A DNA stretch of 64,000 nt from an uncultured Flavobacteriales bacterium. GTDB taxonomy: Bacteria > Pseudomonadota > Alphaproteobacteria > UBA8366 > JADFVY01. Location of the stretch: assembly GCA_964347475.1 (NCBI GenBank), contig CAYFYY010000007.1, forward strand, positions 1,261-65,260, in the 5' to 3' direction. Position numbers and translations under genes: made by a program. The notes beneath the pieces were generated by a model that was not told where the DNA came from, did not search any database, and saw only the letters and a program-made list of their open reading frames with translations. This document shows positions 19,852 through 29,850 of this stretch, piece after piece (positions within the stretch are counted from its first letter, which is position 1; each line of letters begins with the position of its first letter).

Positions 19852-20775
19852 CTACGGCTGGAGCCCTGCTGCGAGCAGGGCGGCTATGCCGTCGCGCGCC
19901 GCACCGGCGGCAAGGTCAGCGGCGGTCTTGCCGTCCTTGTCCTTCAGGCTGGAGCGAGCGCCGGCCGTGATCAGGCGCTCCACCACCTCAGCATGACCCA
20001 TTTCGGCTGCGATCATCAGGGCGGTCCGGCCGCGGTTGTCCTGCAGGTCGACCGTGGCGCCGCGTGCGATCAATGCGCTGACCGTCGCCACGCCATCGCC
20101 GACGGGCACGTCGTTCGCATGGCCGGCAGCCCACATCAGGGCCGTCAGGTCGTTCCCGTATCGTTCATCCGGCGCAACCCCCGCGTCCAGCAAGAGCGCC
20201 ACGGAATCGCTGAACCCCTTGGCTGCGGCGTAGACCATCGCGGACTTGCCGGTGCGATCGACGAGCCTGGCGTTGGCGCCATGCGACAACAGCGTCTCGA
20301 TAACGTCATCGTCGCCATTAAATGCCGCCGCCGTCAGCGCGGTGACGCCCTTGTTGTTGCCCGCATCCACTGCCGCCCCGGCCTCGACCAGCATCATGGC
20401 GACCCGGCGGTGGCCGCCCTCAGCGGCGCGGATCAGCGGCGTGCTGCCGGCGAGATTCCGGTGGTTTATGTCGGAGCCCGCGTCGAGCAGGATCCGGACC
20501 GCTTTGCGGTGGCCGTTGGCCGCAGCCAGCAGCAGCGGCGTGTTGCCGAAACGGTTGCGGGCCGCGACATTGGCACCCTGCTCGAGATAGCGCGCCACGT
20601 CCTCGTCCCAGCCCTTCTCCGCCGCCTGGATCAGCGCCAGGTTCATCGTCATTTGGTTGACCGGAACACCGCGCGCCGAACTCGGTGTGGTGTCGCGATA
20701 GTGTGTGTCGGCCAGGGCCGGCGGCGCCGCCGCTGCTACCACCAACAGGAGGATTCCCCGCCACATGCCGGTCAT
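19852..20775 (-). CDS. Exported ankyrin-repeat protein
   Basis: Signal peptide; multiple G.TPL/TAL..AA repeats. Confidence 0.9.
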   Translation of the reverse strand: MTGMWRGILLLVVAAAAPPALADTHYRDTTPSSARGVPVNQMTMNLALIQAAEKGWDEDVARYLEQGANVAARNRFGNTPLLLAAANGHRKAVRILLDAGSDINHRNLAGSTPLIRAAEGGHRRVAMMLVEAGAAVDAGNNKGVTALTAAAFNGDDDVIETLLSHGANARLVDRTGKSAMVYAAAKGFSDSVALLLDAGVAPDERYGNDLTALMWAAGHANDVPVGDGVATVSALIARGATVDLQDNRGRTALMIAAEMGHAEVVERLITAGARSSLKDKDGKTAADLAAGAARDGIAALLAAGLQP

Positions 20776-21073
20776 CGGACGCTCTCCCTGCGTTTCTTTC
20801 TTCCCTCTTGCTGACGCAGGATAGCAGATGCCGCGCTCGCCGCAACCGGGCGGCGTTCGAAATAACGCGGACGAACCCGACCCGGTCGCGGCCCGGGCGC
20901 ACGCCGTGGCGGCTGGAGTTCTATGGTACCGTCACGGCGTGCGGTCCCGAGGGCAACGGCCGAGGAGAGCCACCAGTGTCGCTGAAGATGACCGCCGCCG
21001 GTCCATCGTCTTCGCCGGTTCCAGAAGACTGCCGCAGTCGCTGCTGTCGAGCATTGACAACCATCAAGTGCCG

Positions 21074-21277
21074 CTAACTACCGGCCTCCCTAGCCGCACT
21101 GCGGGCACCAGTCCCGCCGGTCAGACAGACGGGGCACACGCAGCCCGTCGCGCCGGTACGGACGATCATTGCCTCGTAATCGAACTGGCACTCGACCTTC
21201 AGGCACCAGCAATCGGCGGAGCCGTCGCAGTTAAAGCCGCGCCCGCAGTTGGGGCAGAGCGTACGCCGCACCATCAT
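21074..21277 (-). CDS. Cysteine-rich CWC family small protein
   Basis: CPNCG..F.C, CWC, C.CP.CL pattern. Confidence 0.8.
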   Translation of the reverse strand: MMVRRTLCPNCGRGFNCDGSADCWCLKVECQFDYEAMIVRTGATGCVCPVCLTGGTGARSAAREAGS

Positions 21278-21290
21278 CGCCGGCCGTCGG

Positions 21291-21812
21291 TCACATTCCG
21301 GCAGCGAAACGCTCGCGCACCACGCGCGTGAAAAGGGTGTCGACCAGCACGCCGCGCAGCGCCGCCTCCTCAGACACCTTGTCCGGGTCGAGCGAACCGT
21401 CCTCGCGCATCCGCACCGCCGTCTCGCGTGCCTTCACGACCATTGGATCCAAGCGGCTTGCCGCCGACCCGGCGATGAAACGGACCAGCTTGTCGGCAGC
21501 CGTCATGGCGTTCAGATAGTCACGGTCACCCTCATTCTGCAACACCCCGACCCGGTCCTTCATCCAGTCGACCCCCGCGCCCGACGCATCGCCCAGCGCA
21601 TGAAGTACGGCGTCGGCCGCGGCGATCGGTTCGAGATCGTCGCCGTGCCGCCCTTGGGTCAGCTGCAGCGCCGCGCAGAGCAGGAATCCGAGGACGTAGG
21701 CATCCTCCCAGAATCCATCGGACGCCGGAAGCGCGCGCATACGATCGTCGACGAAGACATCGATCACCTCGTTCGCGGTCTGCCGCGCTTGTGCTTCGAT
21801 CGGTTCGCTCAT
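21291..21812 (-). CDS. Hypothetical helical protein
   Basis: Start MSEPIEAQ at 21812; coding-like composition; co-oriented with neighbours. Confidence 0.65.
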   Translation of the reverse strand: MSEPIEAQARQTANEVIDVFVDDRMRALPASDGFWEDAYVLGFLLCAALQLTQGRHGDDLEPIAAADAVLHALGDASGAGVDWMKDRVGVLQNEGDRDYLNAMTAADKLVRFIAGSAASRLDPMVVKARETAVRMREDGSLDPDKVSEEAALRGVLVDTLFTRVVRERFAAGM

Positions 21813-21909
21813 GAAGGCCCCTCTTCCTCTGCCGCCCTGCATACCATTCGCGGGCGGCGAATGCACGCCTGACCCGGGTTGCCCGGCATTCGGGCTGTCG
21901 CGCCGGCAG

Positions 21910-22647
21910 CTAAGCGGAGAGTTCCCCAAACACCCGCTGCAGCAGCTGCGTCGTGCGCTTGGCCGGGTCGCGGCGGATCGCTGCCTCCTCCCTGGCAACG
22001 TAATGGAACAGGCCGTCGAGACTCTTCTCCACCGTATAACGGGTCAGGTCAGCCTTGACGTCGGGCACGAACGGGACGGCCTCGTACCGCGCCATCATGC
22101 GGTCGAAGGCCCGGATCGCACCGACATCGCCCATCGAGTCGAGAACGATCGGTGTGAACCGCTCGGTCAGCGGCACCGTCATCTTCCCCCGGAAATATCG
22201 CGTCGCGGCATCGTCTGGGCCCTTCCAAATGGTGCGCACGTCGGACAGCGTCATCTCGCTGATCGCTTGCCAGAACACGTCCCGCGCTTCTGGCGCGGCG
22301 CGCTCGGCGGCGCGGTTCAGCTTCAGTTCGAGATCGGCGGTCAGGCTGTTGAAACCGATCCGGGTCAGGACATCGTGCACCGTATCGAGCTCGCCGGGCA
22401 GCGGAATGCGGATCGCCGGATCAGCATAGTAGCCGTCGAGTGTCCCCACCTGGTTCACGACGCGACCGGTACCGACCTTCAGCGCCTCTTTCAGGCCGGC
22501 GCCAATCTCGCGGTCCGTCAGAGGCGCGGCCAGCCCTGCGCTGTTCAAGGCCGATTGGAGGTTGAGGCCGCCGCCCCCCAGCGTCGTCTGGCACCCTGCC
22601 AGAGCGCCGCCAGACAACATAAGCAAGACGTCCCGTCGGCAGATCAT
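21910..22647 (-). CDS. DUF4197 domain lipoprotein
   Basis: RRDVL...LAGC signal; GLKEALKVG, LNRAAE.AAP, ATRYFR, EEAAIRRDPAKRTT.LLQRVFG. Confidence 0.88.
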   Translation of the reverse strand: MICRRDVLLMLSGGALAGCQTTLGGGGLNLQSALNSAGLAAPLTDREIGAGLKEALKVGTGRVVNQVGTLDGYYADPAIRIPLPGELDTVHDVLTRIGFNSLTADLELKLNRAAERAAPEARDVFWQAISEMTLSDVRTIWKGPDDAATRYFRGKMTVPLTERFTPIVLDSMGDVGAIRAFDRMMARYEAVPFVPDVKADLTRYTVEKSLDGLFHYVAREEAAIRRDPAKRTTQLLQRVFGELSA

Positions 22648-22736
22648 TGCTTGGCTCCTGTTCCGCATGTCGCGGGATGATAGCGGTAAACCGTTGCTCG
22701 GATGTAAACGGTCGCGCGCGGCGCCAGGCAATCGCC

Positions 22737-23153
22737 CTACATATCCGGCAGCGGCAGCGCGCCGCAGTCGTTGCCCTGGGCCGTGTGACCGACGACATAG
22801 CCGTCCGCGTCGACCTCGAAACTGGCGACGCAGTTGGCTTTCCAGGTAATGACCGGCGCCTGCCGCGTTACCGGCACCATTACCTTCTGCCCGTCGACCA
22901 TATGCGTCTCGGTGACCGTGTAGACATCACCGCCCTGGCGTTCGGTGTCGCTGCGGCGCCAGGTCAAGATCCGGCCGCCGCCCTTCATCTCGTATACGGC
23001 GTCCGGCGCACCCAGTTTCAGGACAAGCTCCCGCTCCGATGCGCCGATCCACTCATCGAGGCCAACCGGCGCATCGACATAGTCCTCTGACGCGCCGCAG
23101 CCGGCGGCGGCCAAGGCGGTAGCACATAGAAGAGGAAGCAGTCGCAACGACAT
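22737..23153 (-). CDS. Hypothetical lipoprotein
   Basis: Lipobox AAGC; WIGASERELV.KLGAP; two Cys near the C-terminus. Confidence 0.7.
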   Translation of the reverse strand: MSLRLLPLLCATALAAAGCGASEDYVDAPVGLDEWIGASERELVLKLGAPDAVYEMKGGGRILTWRRSDTERQGGDVYTVTETHMVDGQKVMVPVTRQAPVITWKANCVASFEVDADGYVVGHTAQGNDCGALPLPDM

Positions 23154-23442
23154 CGTGACCTCGCGGTCGAGACCGTCGCACCATGGCACGAATCAGAGGC
23201 CGCGTCACCCCGGCGCGGGCCGACCATCAGGTCGCCCGATCCTCGCCTGCAGCCGATCGACAGGCGCGCTAGGACTCCTTTCACCTTTGCGTGGTACATA
23301 ATTTGTTTGTCCCGCGATCACGACACAGGCGATCGCGGTGGCGATGGCTGGGCCCCGGCGGGGGCCCGGCACCCCCGAGACACCATCGGCACGTCGCGCG
23401 GACCGGCCGGTGCCGCGGGACTTTTAAGGTGGAGAACACGGA

Positions 23443-24246
23443 ATGAAGAAGCGAGAGCGCCCCGGCGCTTTTCCCTCGGCCCGGCAGGACGAGGAGGCCG
23501 CCCGGCACTTCCGGGACACGCCGCAGACGCGGTCGCCGAGCTACCGGCTGGCGTTCGCCGACCCGGATTTCCTGCTGCGCGAGGATTTGCGCCCGGTGCG
23601 GCTGCAGCTCGAGCTCCTCAAGCCCGAGCTGGCACTGCAGGAAGCGGAAATCGTCTCGACCATCGTCGTCTTCGGCAGCGCACGCACGCCGCCGCGCGAA
23701 CATCCGAACGCCGACGAGCGCATGCGCGACTACGAAGAGGCGCGGCGCTTCGCGCAGATGATGGCAGAGCGGGAGCGCAACAACGGGCTGCACAGCGTTA
23801 TCGTCACCGGTGGCGGACCGGGCATCATGGAAGCGGCCAACCGCGGCGCCCGCGAGGCGGGGATGCGGACGATCGGCCTCAACATCGTGCTGCCGCACGA
23901 GCAGGCGCCGAACCCTTACATCACACCGGAGCTGAGCTTCCAGTTCCATTACTTCGCGATCCGCAAGATGCATTTCCTGATGCGGGCGCGGGCGCTGGTC
24001 TGCTTTCCCGGCGGCTTCGGTACGCTGGACGAGCTGTTCGAGACCCTGACGCTGATCCAGACCAATAAGATCGAACCGATCCCGGTGCTGCTGTTCCGCG
24101 AGGCGTGGTGGCGGCGCATCGTCAATTTCGAGGCGATGGCCGAGGCCGGCATGATCGCGCCCGAGGATCTCGAGATCTTCGATTTCGTCGAAAGCGCCGA
24201 GGCCGCCTGCGAGTTGATCGACGCGTTCTACCGGCAGGAGAGGTAG
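23443..24246 (+). CDS. LOG family protein (TIGR00730-like Rossmann fold)
   Basis: FGSAR, TGGGPGIMEAANRGA, FAIRKMHF, PGGFGTLDELFE. Confidence 0.92.
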   Translation: MKKRERPGAFPSARQDEEAARHFRDTPQTRSPSYRLAFADPDFLLREDLRPVRLQLELLKPELALQEAEIVSTIVVFGSARTPPREHPNADERMRDYEEARRFAQMMAERERNNGLHSVIVTGGGPGIMEAANRGAREAGMRTIGLNIVLPHEQAPNPYITPELSFQFHYFAIRKMHFLMRARALVCFPGGFGTLDELFETLTLIQTNKIEPIPVLLFREAWWRRIVNFEAMAEAGMIAPEDLEIFDFVESAEAACELIDAFYRQER

Positions 24247-24267
24247 GCGGCTCCGATTGTCGCGCGA

Positions 24268-24825
24268 CTACTCGGCGGCGGCCACGGTGGCGTACCGTTG
24301 CACGCGCAGCGCGGCGGCCGGTACCCGGGCGTCGGCGGCGGGCTGAAAGACCACCGAGATTTCGCGGAATGCGCGGTGGGCGCCATCGGCGTCCTGATGC
24401 GCCGCCAGCTCGAACGAATCGAAGCCGCAGCGGGCCATGGCGAACAGCTGGTCGCGGAGCACCTGGCCGGTGGCGCGGATCTCACCGTCGAAGCCATACC
24501 GCTCGCGCAGCAGCCGCGCCGTGGTGAAGTGCCGTCCGTCGGTGAGCAACGGGAAGTCAAGGGCGATCAGGTCAAGCCGGTCGAGATCGCCGATCAGGGC
24601 GTGCAGCTTCTCGTCGCTGGCAAGCCATACGCCGACTGCCGCATTGCGCCGAGCGAGCGTCTCGCGCTCAGCCTGCCAGCGCGCCAGCGACACGATGACG
24701 GGCGCCCCGTCGGGCAGCGGGGCATCGTCCGCAACACGAGTCCAGATATCGGTCTCGGTGATCGGAGGTCCATCGATGAGTCGGATGATTCGCATGACAG
24801 GAGCTCCCAGTTCGCTTGCGGTCAT
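24268..24825 (-). CDS. DUF934 domain protein
   Basis: IALDFP...DGRHFTTARLLRERYGFDGEIRATG.VL.DQ...M.RCGFD; ATGA overlap with the sulfite reductase gene. Confidence 0.9.
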   Translation of the reverse strand: MTASELGAPVMRIIRLIDGPPITETDIWTRVADDAPLPDGAPVIVSLARWQAERETLARRNAAVGVWLASDEKLHALIGDLDRLDLIALDFPLLTDGRHFTTARLLRERYGFDGEIRATGQVLRDQLFAMARCGFDSFELAAHQDADGAHRAFREISVVFQPAADARVPAAALRVQRYATVAAAE

Positions 24826-26477
24826 GACGGGCTGTAAAGGGCGGCGCGGAACGGGTCCTGGCCGACCCGGCGCACTGTGTCCAGGAAGCGCTCGCCGTCC
24901 TCGCGCTGATTGACATAAGTCAGGATGATCGTCTCGATGGCGTCGATGACGTCGTCGGCGCCGAAACCGGGCCCGACGATGCGGCCGACCGCAGCGTCCT
25001 CGGCGGAGGAGCCGCCCAGCGTGACCTGATACGATTCGGCGCCCGACTTCTCGAGGCCCAGAATCCCGATATGGCCGACATGGTGATGGCTGCACGAGTT
25101 GATGCAGCCGGAGATGTTGATCGACAGCTGATCGAGATCGTACTGCTCGTCCAGCGCCGCCAGCCGCTCGCTCAGGCGCTGCGCGATCGGGATGGACCGC
25201 GCCGTGGCGAGCCCGCAGTAGTCGAGGCCGGGGCAGGCGATGATGTCGGTGACGCGCGACAGGTTCGGCGTCGCAAGGTCGAGCCCGTCGAGGGCCCGCC
25301 ACAGATCGAACAGCCGCGCCTGCGGCACGTGGGCGAGCACCAGGTTCTGCCGGTGGGTGACGCGGATTTCGCCGAAGCTGTAGGCATCGGCGAGGTCGGC
25401 CACCGCGTCCATCTGTGCTGCCGTCAGATCGCCGGGGATGCCTCCGATCGGCTTCAGCGATATCGTCACCGCGGCGTAGCCCGGCCGCTTGTGCGGGAAC
25501 AGGTTGGCCTTGGTCCAGCGCGCAAAGGCGCTGTCCTCGAAACGGCGCGCCTCGAACTCTTGGCTCTGCCCCGGCAGATCGGCATAGGCAGGAGGGCGGA
25601 AGTGGGCCTGCATGCGCACGATCGTCGCGGCAGCCAACTGCAGCCCGGAGTCCTTGATATGCGACCACTCCGCTTCCACGAGCTCACGGAAGCGCTCGAT
25701 GCCAAGCGTTGAGACGAGGATCTTGATGCGCGCCTTGAAGAGATTGTCGCGCCGGCCCTCGACATTGTACACGCGCAGGATTGCCTCGAGGTAGCTCAGC
25801 AGGTGCTCCTTAGGCAGGAACCCGCGCAGCAGCTGGGCGATCATCGGAGTCCGGCCGAGCCCGCCGCCAACCCAGATCTCGAAGCCGACCTCGTCGTCGA
25901 GCCCGCGCACGAGTCGCACCCCGATGTCGTGCACGCGCATTGCCGAGCGGTCGCTGGCCGACCCCGTGACCGCGACCTTGAACTTGCGCGGCAGGAACGA
26001 GAACTCGGGATGGTTGGTCGACCACTGGCGGATGATCTCCGCCCACGGCCGCGGATCCTCGATCTCGTCGGCGGCAACGCCGGCAAACTGGTCGGTGGTG
26101 ATGTTGCGGATGCAGTTGCCGCTGGTCTGCACCGCATGCATCTCGACCGCGGCCAGCTCATCGAGGATGTCCGGCGCGTCCGCCAGCCGGATCCAGTTGA
26201 ACTGGACGTTCTGCCGCGTCGTGAAGTGGCCATAGCCGCGGTCGTAGCGCCGCGCGATGCGGGCCAGGGCGCGCAGCTGGTTGGACGTAAGCAAGCCATA
26301 GGGAATGGCGACGCGCAGCATGTAGGCGTGCAGCTGAAGATAGAGCCCGTTGCGCAGGCGTAGCGGCTTGAACTCGTCCTCGGACAACTCGTTGGCGAGC
26401 CGTCGCCCCACCTGGTCGCGGAACTGGGCCGAGCGCTCGTCGACGAAGGATTGGTCGAGGCTGTCATAGGCGTACAT
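24822..26477 (-). CDS. cysI: Nitrite/sulfite reductase hemoprotein (CysI/Sir-like)
   Basis: RLRNGLYLQ, HFTTRQNVQ, TSGNCIRN, LPRKFK, ACPGLDYC...ISGCINSC siroheme/[4Fe-4S] ligands. Confidence 0.9.
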   Translation of the reverse strand: MYAYDSLDQSFVDERSAQFRDQVGRRLANELSEDEFKPLRLRNGLYLQLHAYMLRVAIPYGLLTSNQLRALARIARRYDRGYGHFTTRQNVQFNWIRLADAPDILDELAAVEMHAVQTSGNCIRNITTDQFAGVAADEIEDPRPWAEIIRQWSTNHPEFSFLPRKFKVAVTGSASDRSAMRVHDIGVRLVRGLDDEVGFEIWVGGGLGRTPMIAQLLRGFLPKEHLLSYLEAILRVYNVEGRRDNLFKARIKILVSTLGIERFRELVEAEWSHIKDSGLQLAAATIVRMQAHFRPPAYADLPGQSQEFEARRFEDSAFARWTKANLFPHKRPGYAAVTISLKPIGGIPGDLTAAQMDAVADLADAYSFGEIRVTHRQNLVLAHVPQARLFDLWRALDGLDLATPNLSRVTDIIACPGLDYCGLATARSIPIAQRLSERLAALDEQYDLDQLSINISGCINSCSHHHVGHIGILGLEKSGAESYQVTLGGSSAEDAAVGRIVGPGFGADDVIDAIETIILTYVNQREDGERFLDTVRRVGQDPFRAALYSPS

Positions 26478-26489
26478 AGGGCGTCTCCG

Positions 26490-26777
26490 TCAGCTCTGCC
26501 CGACCGTCGGCCCACCGGCGCGGATCCGCTCGCGCAGCCGGACCGGCACGAGCATCGATGCGTTGGCGGTGCGCATAACATCGACCTCGACCTCGTAGGG
26601 GGCGATAACGCGCCCTGCCGCTTCGTCGGCATGCGCCTCGGCCAGCATCGCCGCAACCGTATCGTCGTCGTCGCGCGCCGCGGCCCGGTCGATCTCCTCG
26701 TGCCAGGCGCCGGCCCCGTCGCGCCACACGACGGCGCCGTCGGTCAGCCGGCTGGCGGTGATGACGCGGTGTGACAC
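26490..26777 (-). CDS. DUF2849 domain protein
   Basis: VITASRLTDGAVVW ... RERIRAGGPTV; typical position upstream of cysI; GTG start. Confidence 0.88.
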   Translation of the reverse strand: MSHRVITASRLTDGAVVWRDGAGAWHEEIDRAAARDDDDTVAAMLAEAHADEAAGRVIAPYEVEVDVMRTANASMLVPVRLRERIRAGGPTVGQS

Positions 26778-26855
26778 GGCGAACCCCTGTTTCAGTCAAT
26801 CGGGCGCGTAAATTTACGGCTATCGATCGTATAACAGATAGTGCGTCACTGAGTC

Positions 26856-26878
26856 ATGTAAAATATTTTTTATTACAT
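26856..26878. promoter_or_regulatory. AT-rich dyad upstream of the DUF2849-cysI operon
   Basis: ATGTAA-N11-TTACAT in a conspicuously AT-rich spacer. Confidence 0.35.
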
Positions 26879-26947
26879 CTTTTAAAATGTTCTTTATGCA
26901 CGCACACCACCGATTGGCAACCGATCTACTTGGCCGGTTCGCGAAAT

Positions 26948-29635
26948 TCAGGCGGGAACGGCACTCTCCGGCGCAGACGATGGCGAAATGAAGCGCCAGT
27001 AGACCCAGCCGATGGCGATTAGGCTGAGACCGAGCCCAAGGAACGAGGCAACGCGGAACAAGCCACCGATCTCCGCCATGTCGAACAGGAAGACCTTGCA
27101 CACGGTCAGCATCAACACCGCCATCGCGGCATGGCGCACCGGTTTGTTGTTGCGCCATATTCCGACCGCCAGCAGCGCCAGGGAATAGACCAGCCACAGA
27201 CCGGAATAAGCGTACCATTCACCGTCGGAGGTGGCATGTGGGTTCAGGTAGGTACCATGGAACGCATGGCGCAGTTCGAGCGACAACCAGACGAAGACCA
27301 GAACAAGGCCGGCAATCCCTGCGCCGCCCGCAACGGGCTTGAGGTCTTGCCGCTTAGTTTCGGAGCGAAACGCTAGGCTGAATCCGGCCGGAATCGCGTA
27401 GGCCAGGAGCAGCAGGTTCGCGACCGGCCAGGCACCGACGGGATCACCGGTCAGCAACGGGTTTAGCCCCAGCAAATGCAGCAAAACGATCTGCACTGCC
27501 GTAAGACCGCCCAGGATCCGCCAACCCCACAAGGCGACCAGCCGCGGATGCTCCGCCCGGCATTGCCACAGCAGGGCGAAGGCGATGGCGGCCCAGGCGA
27601 TCGTGCGCAGGCTCGTCTCCAGCAGGTTGTCGCCGGGCAGGAACTGGCCGCGATTGACGATATCGGCGATCTCCAGGGTCCAGAACAGCGTCAGGAACGC
27701 CAGCGCGCCCGCTTCCAACGCCAGCACGAGGCGGTCGTCCCCGGTGCGCCGGAACGACCGCGCGGCGAAGTAGAAGGCAAGCGTCGGCAGCCCATAGCCG
27801 TAGAGCATCCAGTTGAGCCCCGGCGTAGCGCCCAGCCGGTAGTCGAACAGCTCGTAATTGAACACGAGGCGGATCAGCACGCTGCCCGCCACGACCAGCG
27901 CGACGTGTCGTAGTGCCCGCACGTTGGTGTGGTCGTGGATCCAGGCCATTGCCGGCAGCTGCAGCGACAGCGCAACGGTCAGCCACGCGTTCTCCAGCGC
28001 CATCGCCAGAGCCAGCGAGACCGCAGCGACGACGCCGACCGCATAGCCGGCCAGTGCGCCGTCTATGCCCGCCAGGTCGCGCTTGCGGGCAACCCAGGTC
28101 GCCGCCACCAGATTGAGGCCGGCGAGGATCAGCCCCATCGCGGCCCATTCGAGGGCGACCTCGAAGTCTCGCATGCGCCAGAACGCGATCGCCAGTGCGG
28201 CGACGGGACCGCCCGCCGACACGCTCGCCCACAGTCCGGGGCGCGCGGCGCCACGCAGCAGCACGAGACCGCCGATGCCGAACAGGGCGGCATAGCCGAG
28301 CGCGGCCACGGCGAACGGTTGAAGCCCCGGCGGCAGGGTGTCGAGGATGTCGATCTCCCCGGGCCAGTACGGCAGTTCCCAGCTGGCCAGGATGATCGCG
28401 GCCAGCGCCGCGCCTCCGATCGCGAGCGCATCGAACGTCACGTCGCGCCGCCCGGCGATCAGCAGGAATGCACCGAGAATGCCGGCCCAGACCACCGATC
28501 CGGTGCCGAAATCATCGACCCAGACCAGCAAGAGCGCCAGCACCAGCATGGCGCCGCTGGCGGACCAGGCGAGCAGAGCCGGGCGCGGCAGCGCCCACAG
28601 GAATTTCGGCCAAGCGACCGCCGTGTCGTGCCGGGCAAGGCCGGCCGGCATGTAAGTGAACAGGACAGCCGTGACCGTCAGATAGCCGCCGACGGCCGGC
28701 GCGCCGAGATTGTACCACTGCTCGATCATCCATATCACGGGCCACAAGGCAGCGCCGGCCAGGGCGCCCCAGGCGAGCCAGCCCCAGCCCTTGTAGCGCA
28801 GCACCGCCAGGGCCGCCGCGTTGACCGCGGTCAGGTAGGGAAACAGCGAGTAGGCGGACGGATGGCCGGTCTGGACCAGGCCCGGCACCAGGAAACCGCC
28901 GAGGATGCCGAGCGCGGCGACGACTGGGCCGTGCTTGATCGACAGCACGATGGCGGTGGCCCAGACCCCGCCCAGCATCGCGAAAGCCGGCGGCGGCGCC
29001 AGCAGGTCGTACCGCGCATAGGCCGCATAGATGCTGACGAACAGGGCCGACACGCCGGCCGCGACCAGCGCCGGGGTCACGATGGTCGGTTTCAGCGCCG
29101 CGATCTTTCGTTCGGCGGGGTGGCGGCGCAGCAGCTCGCCGCCGAGGATCAGCGCGACGCCGATTGCGGCGCCGAGGGCGCACTGCACCTTCGGCCCCAG
29201 CCAGTCCATCTCGATCGCATGGCGGACCAGGAACACGACGGCAAAAGCCACCGCGACAGCGCCCACCACCGGCAACACCAGCGGTGCGAATCGTTCGTCG
29301 AATCCGCCCTTTTTGGGGCCGCCCGTCGCCGCGGTCGCCGGCGCCGGCGCCTCTGGCGGTGACGTCGGCGGCGGCGAGGGCGCGGCGGCGACGCGCGGCG
29401 GCTCCGCCGCCGGCTCGGGGACGACCGGTTTCGGTGCGGGAGTTTCCGGCCGCTCCTCCGGCGCCGGTGAGGCGGCGCCGGACACCCGGCCCTGCAGGTC
29501 GCGCAGCACCCGGCTGGCGCGCGCGAGATCCGCCCGGAGATCGCTGATCTTGACCAGCGCAACGATCGCCATGATCGGCGCGGCAAGGACAAGGCCGCCG
29601 AAACCCAGCAGCATCAGGATGAACAGGACCTCCAT
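26948..29635 (-). CDS. DUF2339 domain integral membrane protein
   Basis: Start MEVLFILML; Pro-rich linker, many TM helices, LTVCKVFLFDM...RVASFLGLG C-terminus. Confidence 0.88.
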   Translation of the reverse strand: MEVLFILMLLGFGGLVLAAPIMAIVALVKISDLRADLARASRVLRDLQGRVSGAASPAPEERPETPAPKPVVPEPAAEPPRVAAAPSPPPTSPPEAPAPATAATGGPKKGGFDERFAPLVLPVVGAVAVAFAVVFLVRHAIEMDWLGPKVQCALGAAIGVALILGGELLRRHPAERKIAALKPTIVTPALVAAGVSALFVSIYAAYARYDLLAPPPAFAMLGGVWATAIVLSIKHGPVVAALGILGGFLVPGLVQTGHPSAYSLFPYLTAVNAAALAVLRYKGWGWLAWGALAGAALWPVIWMIEQWYNLGAPAVGGYLTVTAVLFTYMPAGLARHDTAVAWPKFLWALPRPALLAWSASGAMLVLALLLVWVDDFGTGSVVWAGILGAFLLIAGRRDVTFDALAIGGAALAAIILASWELPYWPGEIDILDTLPPGLQPFAVAALGYAALFGIGGLVLLRGAARPGLWASVSAGGPVAALAIAFWRMRDFEVALEWAAMGLILAGLNLVAATWVARKRDLAGIDGALAGYAVGVVAAVSLALAMALENAWLTVALSLQLPAMAWIHDHTNVRALRHVALVVAGSVLIRLVFNYELFDYRLGATPGLNWMLYGYGLPTLAFYFAARSFRRTGDDRLVLALEAGALAFLTLFWTLEIADIVNRGQFLPGDNLLETSLRTIAWAAIAFALLWQCRAEHPRLVALWGWRILGGLTAVQIVLLHLLGLNPLLTGDPVGAWPVANLLLLAYAIPAGFSLAFRSETKRQDLKPVAGGAGIAGLVLVFVWLSLELRHAFHGTYLNPHATSDGEWYAYSGLWLVYSLALLAVGIWRNNKPVRHAAMAVLMLTVCKVFLFDMAEIGGLFRVASFLGLGLSLIAIGWVYWRFISPSSAPESAVPA

Positions 29636-29850
29636 GGCCGTCCCCTTTCGAATTCCCGCACATAGTGCGCAGCCAGACATGTTTTGCCGGAAAATATGAA
29701 ATGCAAAGTTAACCGCGTTTCCCGACGTCGCGGGTCGACTCGTACAAGACGATCCGGGCCGTGCGGCGCTTGGCTCCGGTCTTTGCAATCTGGTAAGAGA
29801 TTGCCGTTACGATCGGCGGCTGCTTGCGGGCGGACACGGCAGAGGACGGC

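Noticed and set aside
20830-21070. Possible cobalamin riboswitch (CCAGAAGACTGCC resembles the 3' motif)
   Set aside because: The other conserved elements (GGGAA, CCCGCAACTGT B12 box) are missing and no B12-related gene follows.
26948-29788. Extended N-termini given by the ORF track (also for 1610-3232, 13485-15653, 24268-25668, 47041-48870, 48675-50735, 57443-59689, 61390-63039)
   Set aside because: The extensions overlap neighbouring genes out of frame; internal starts with an RBS and family-typical N-termini were used instead.
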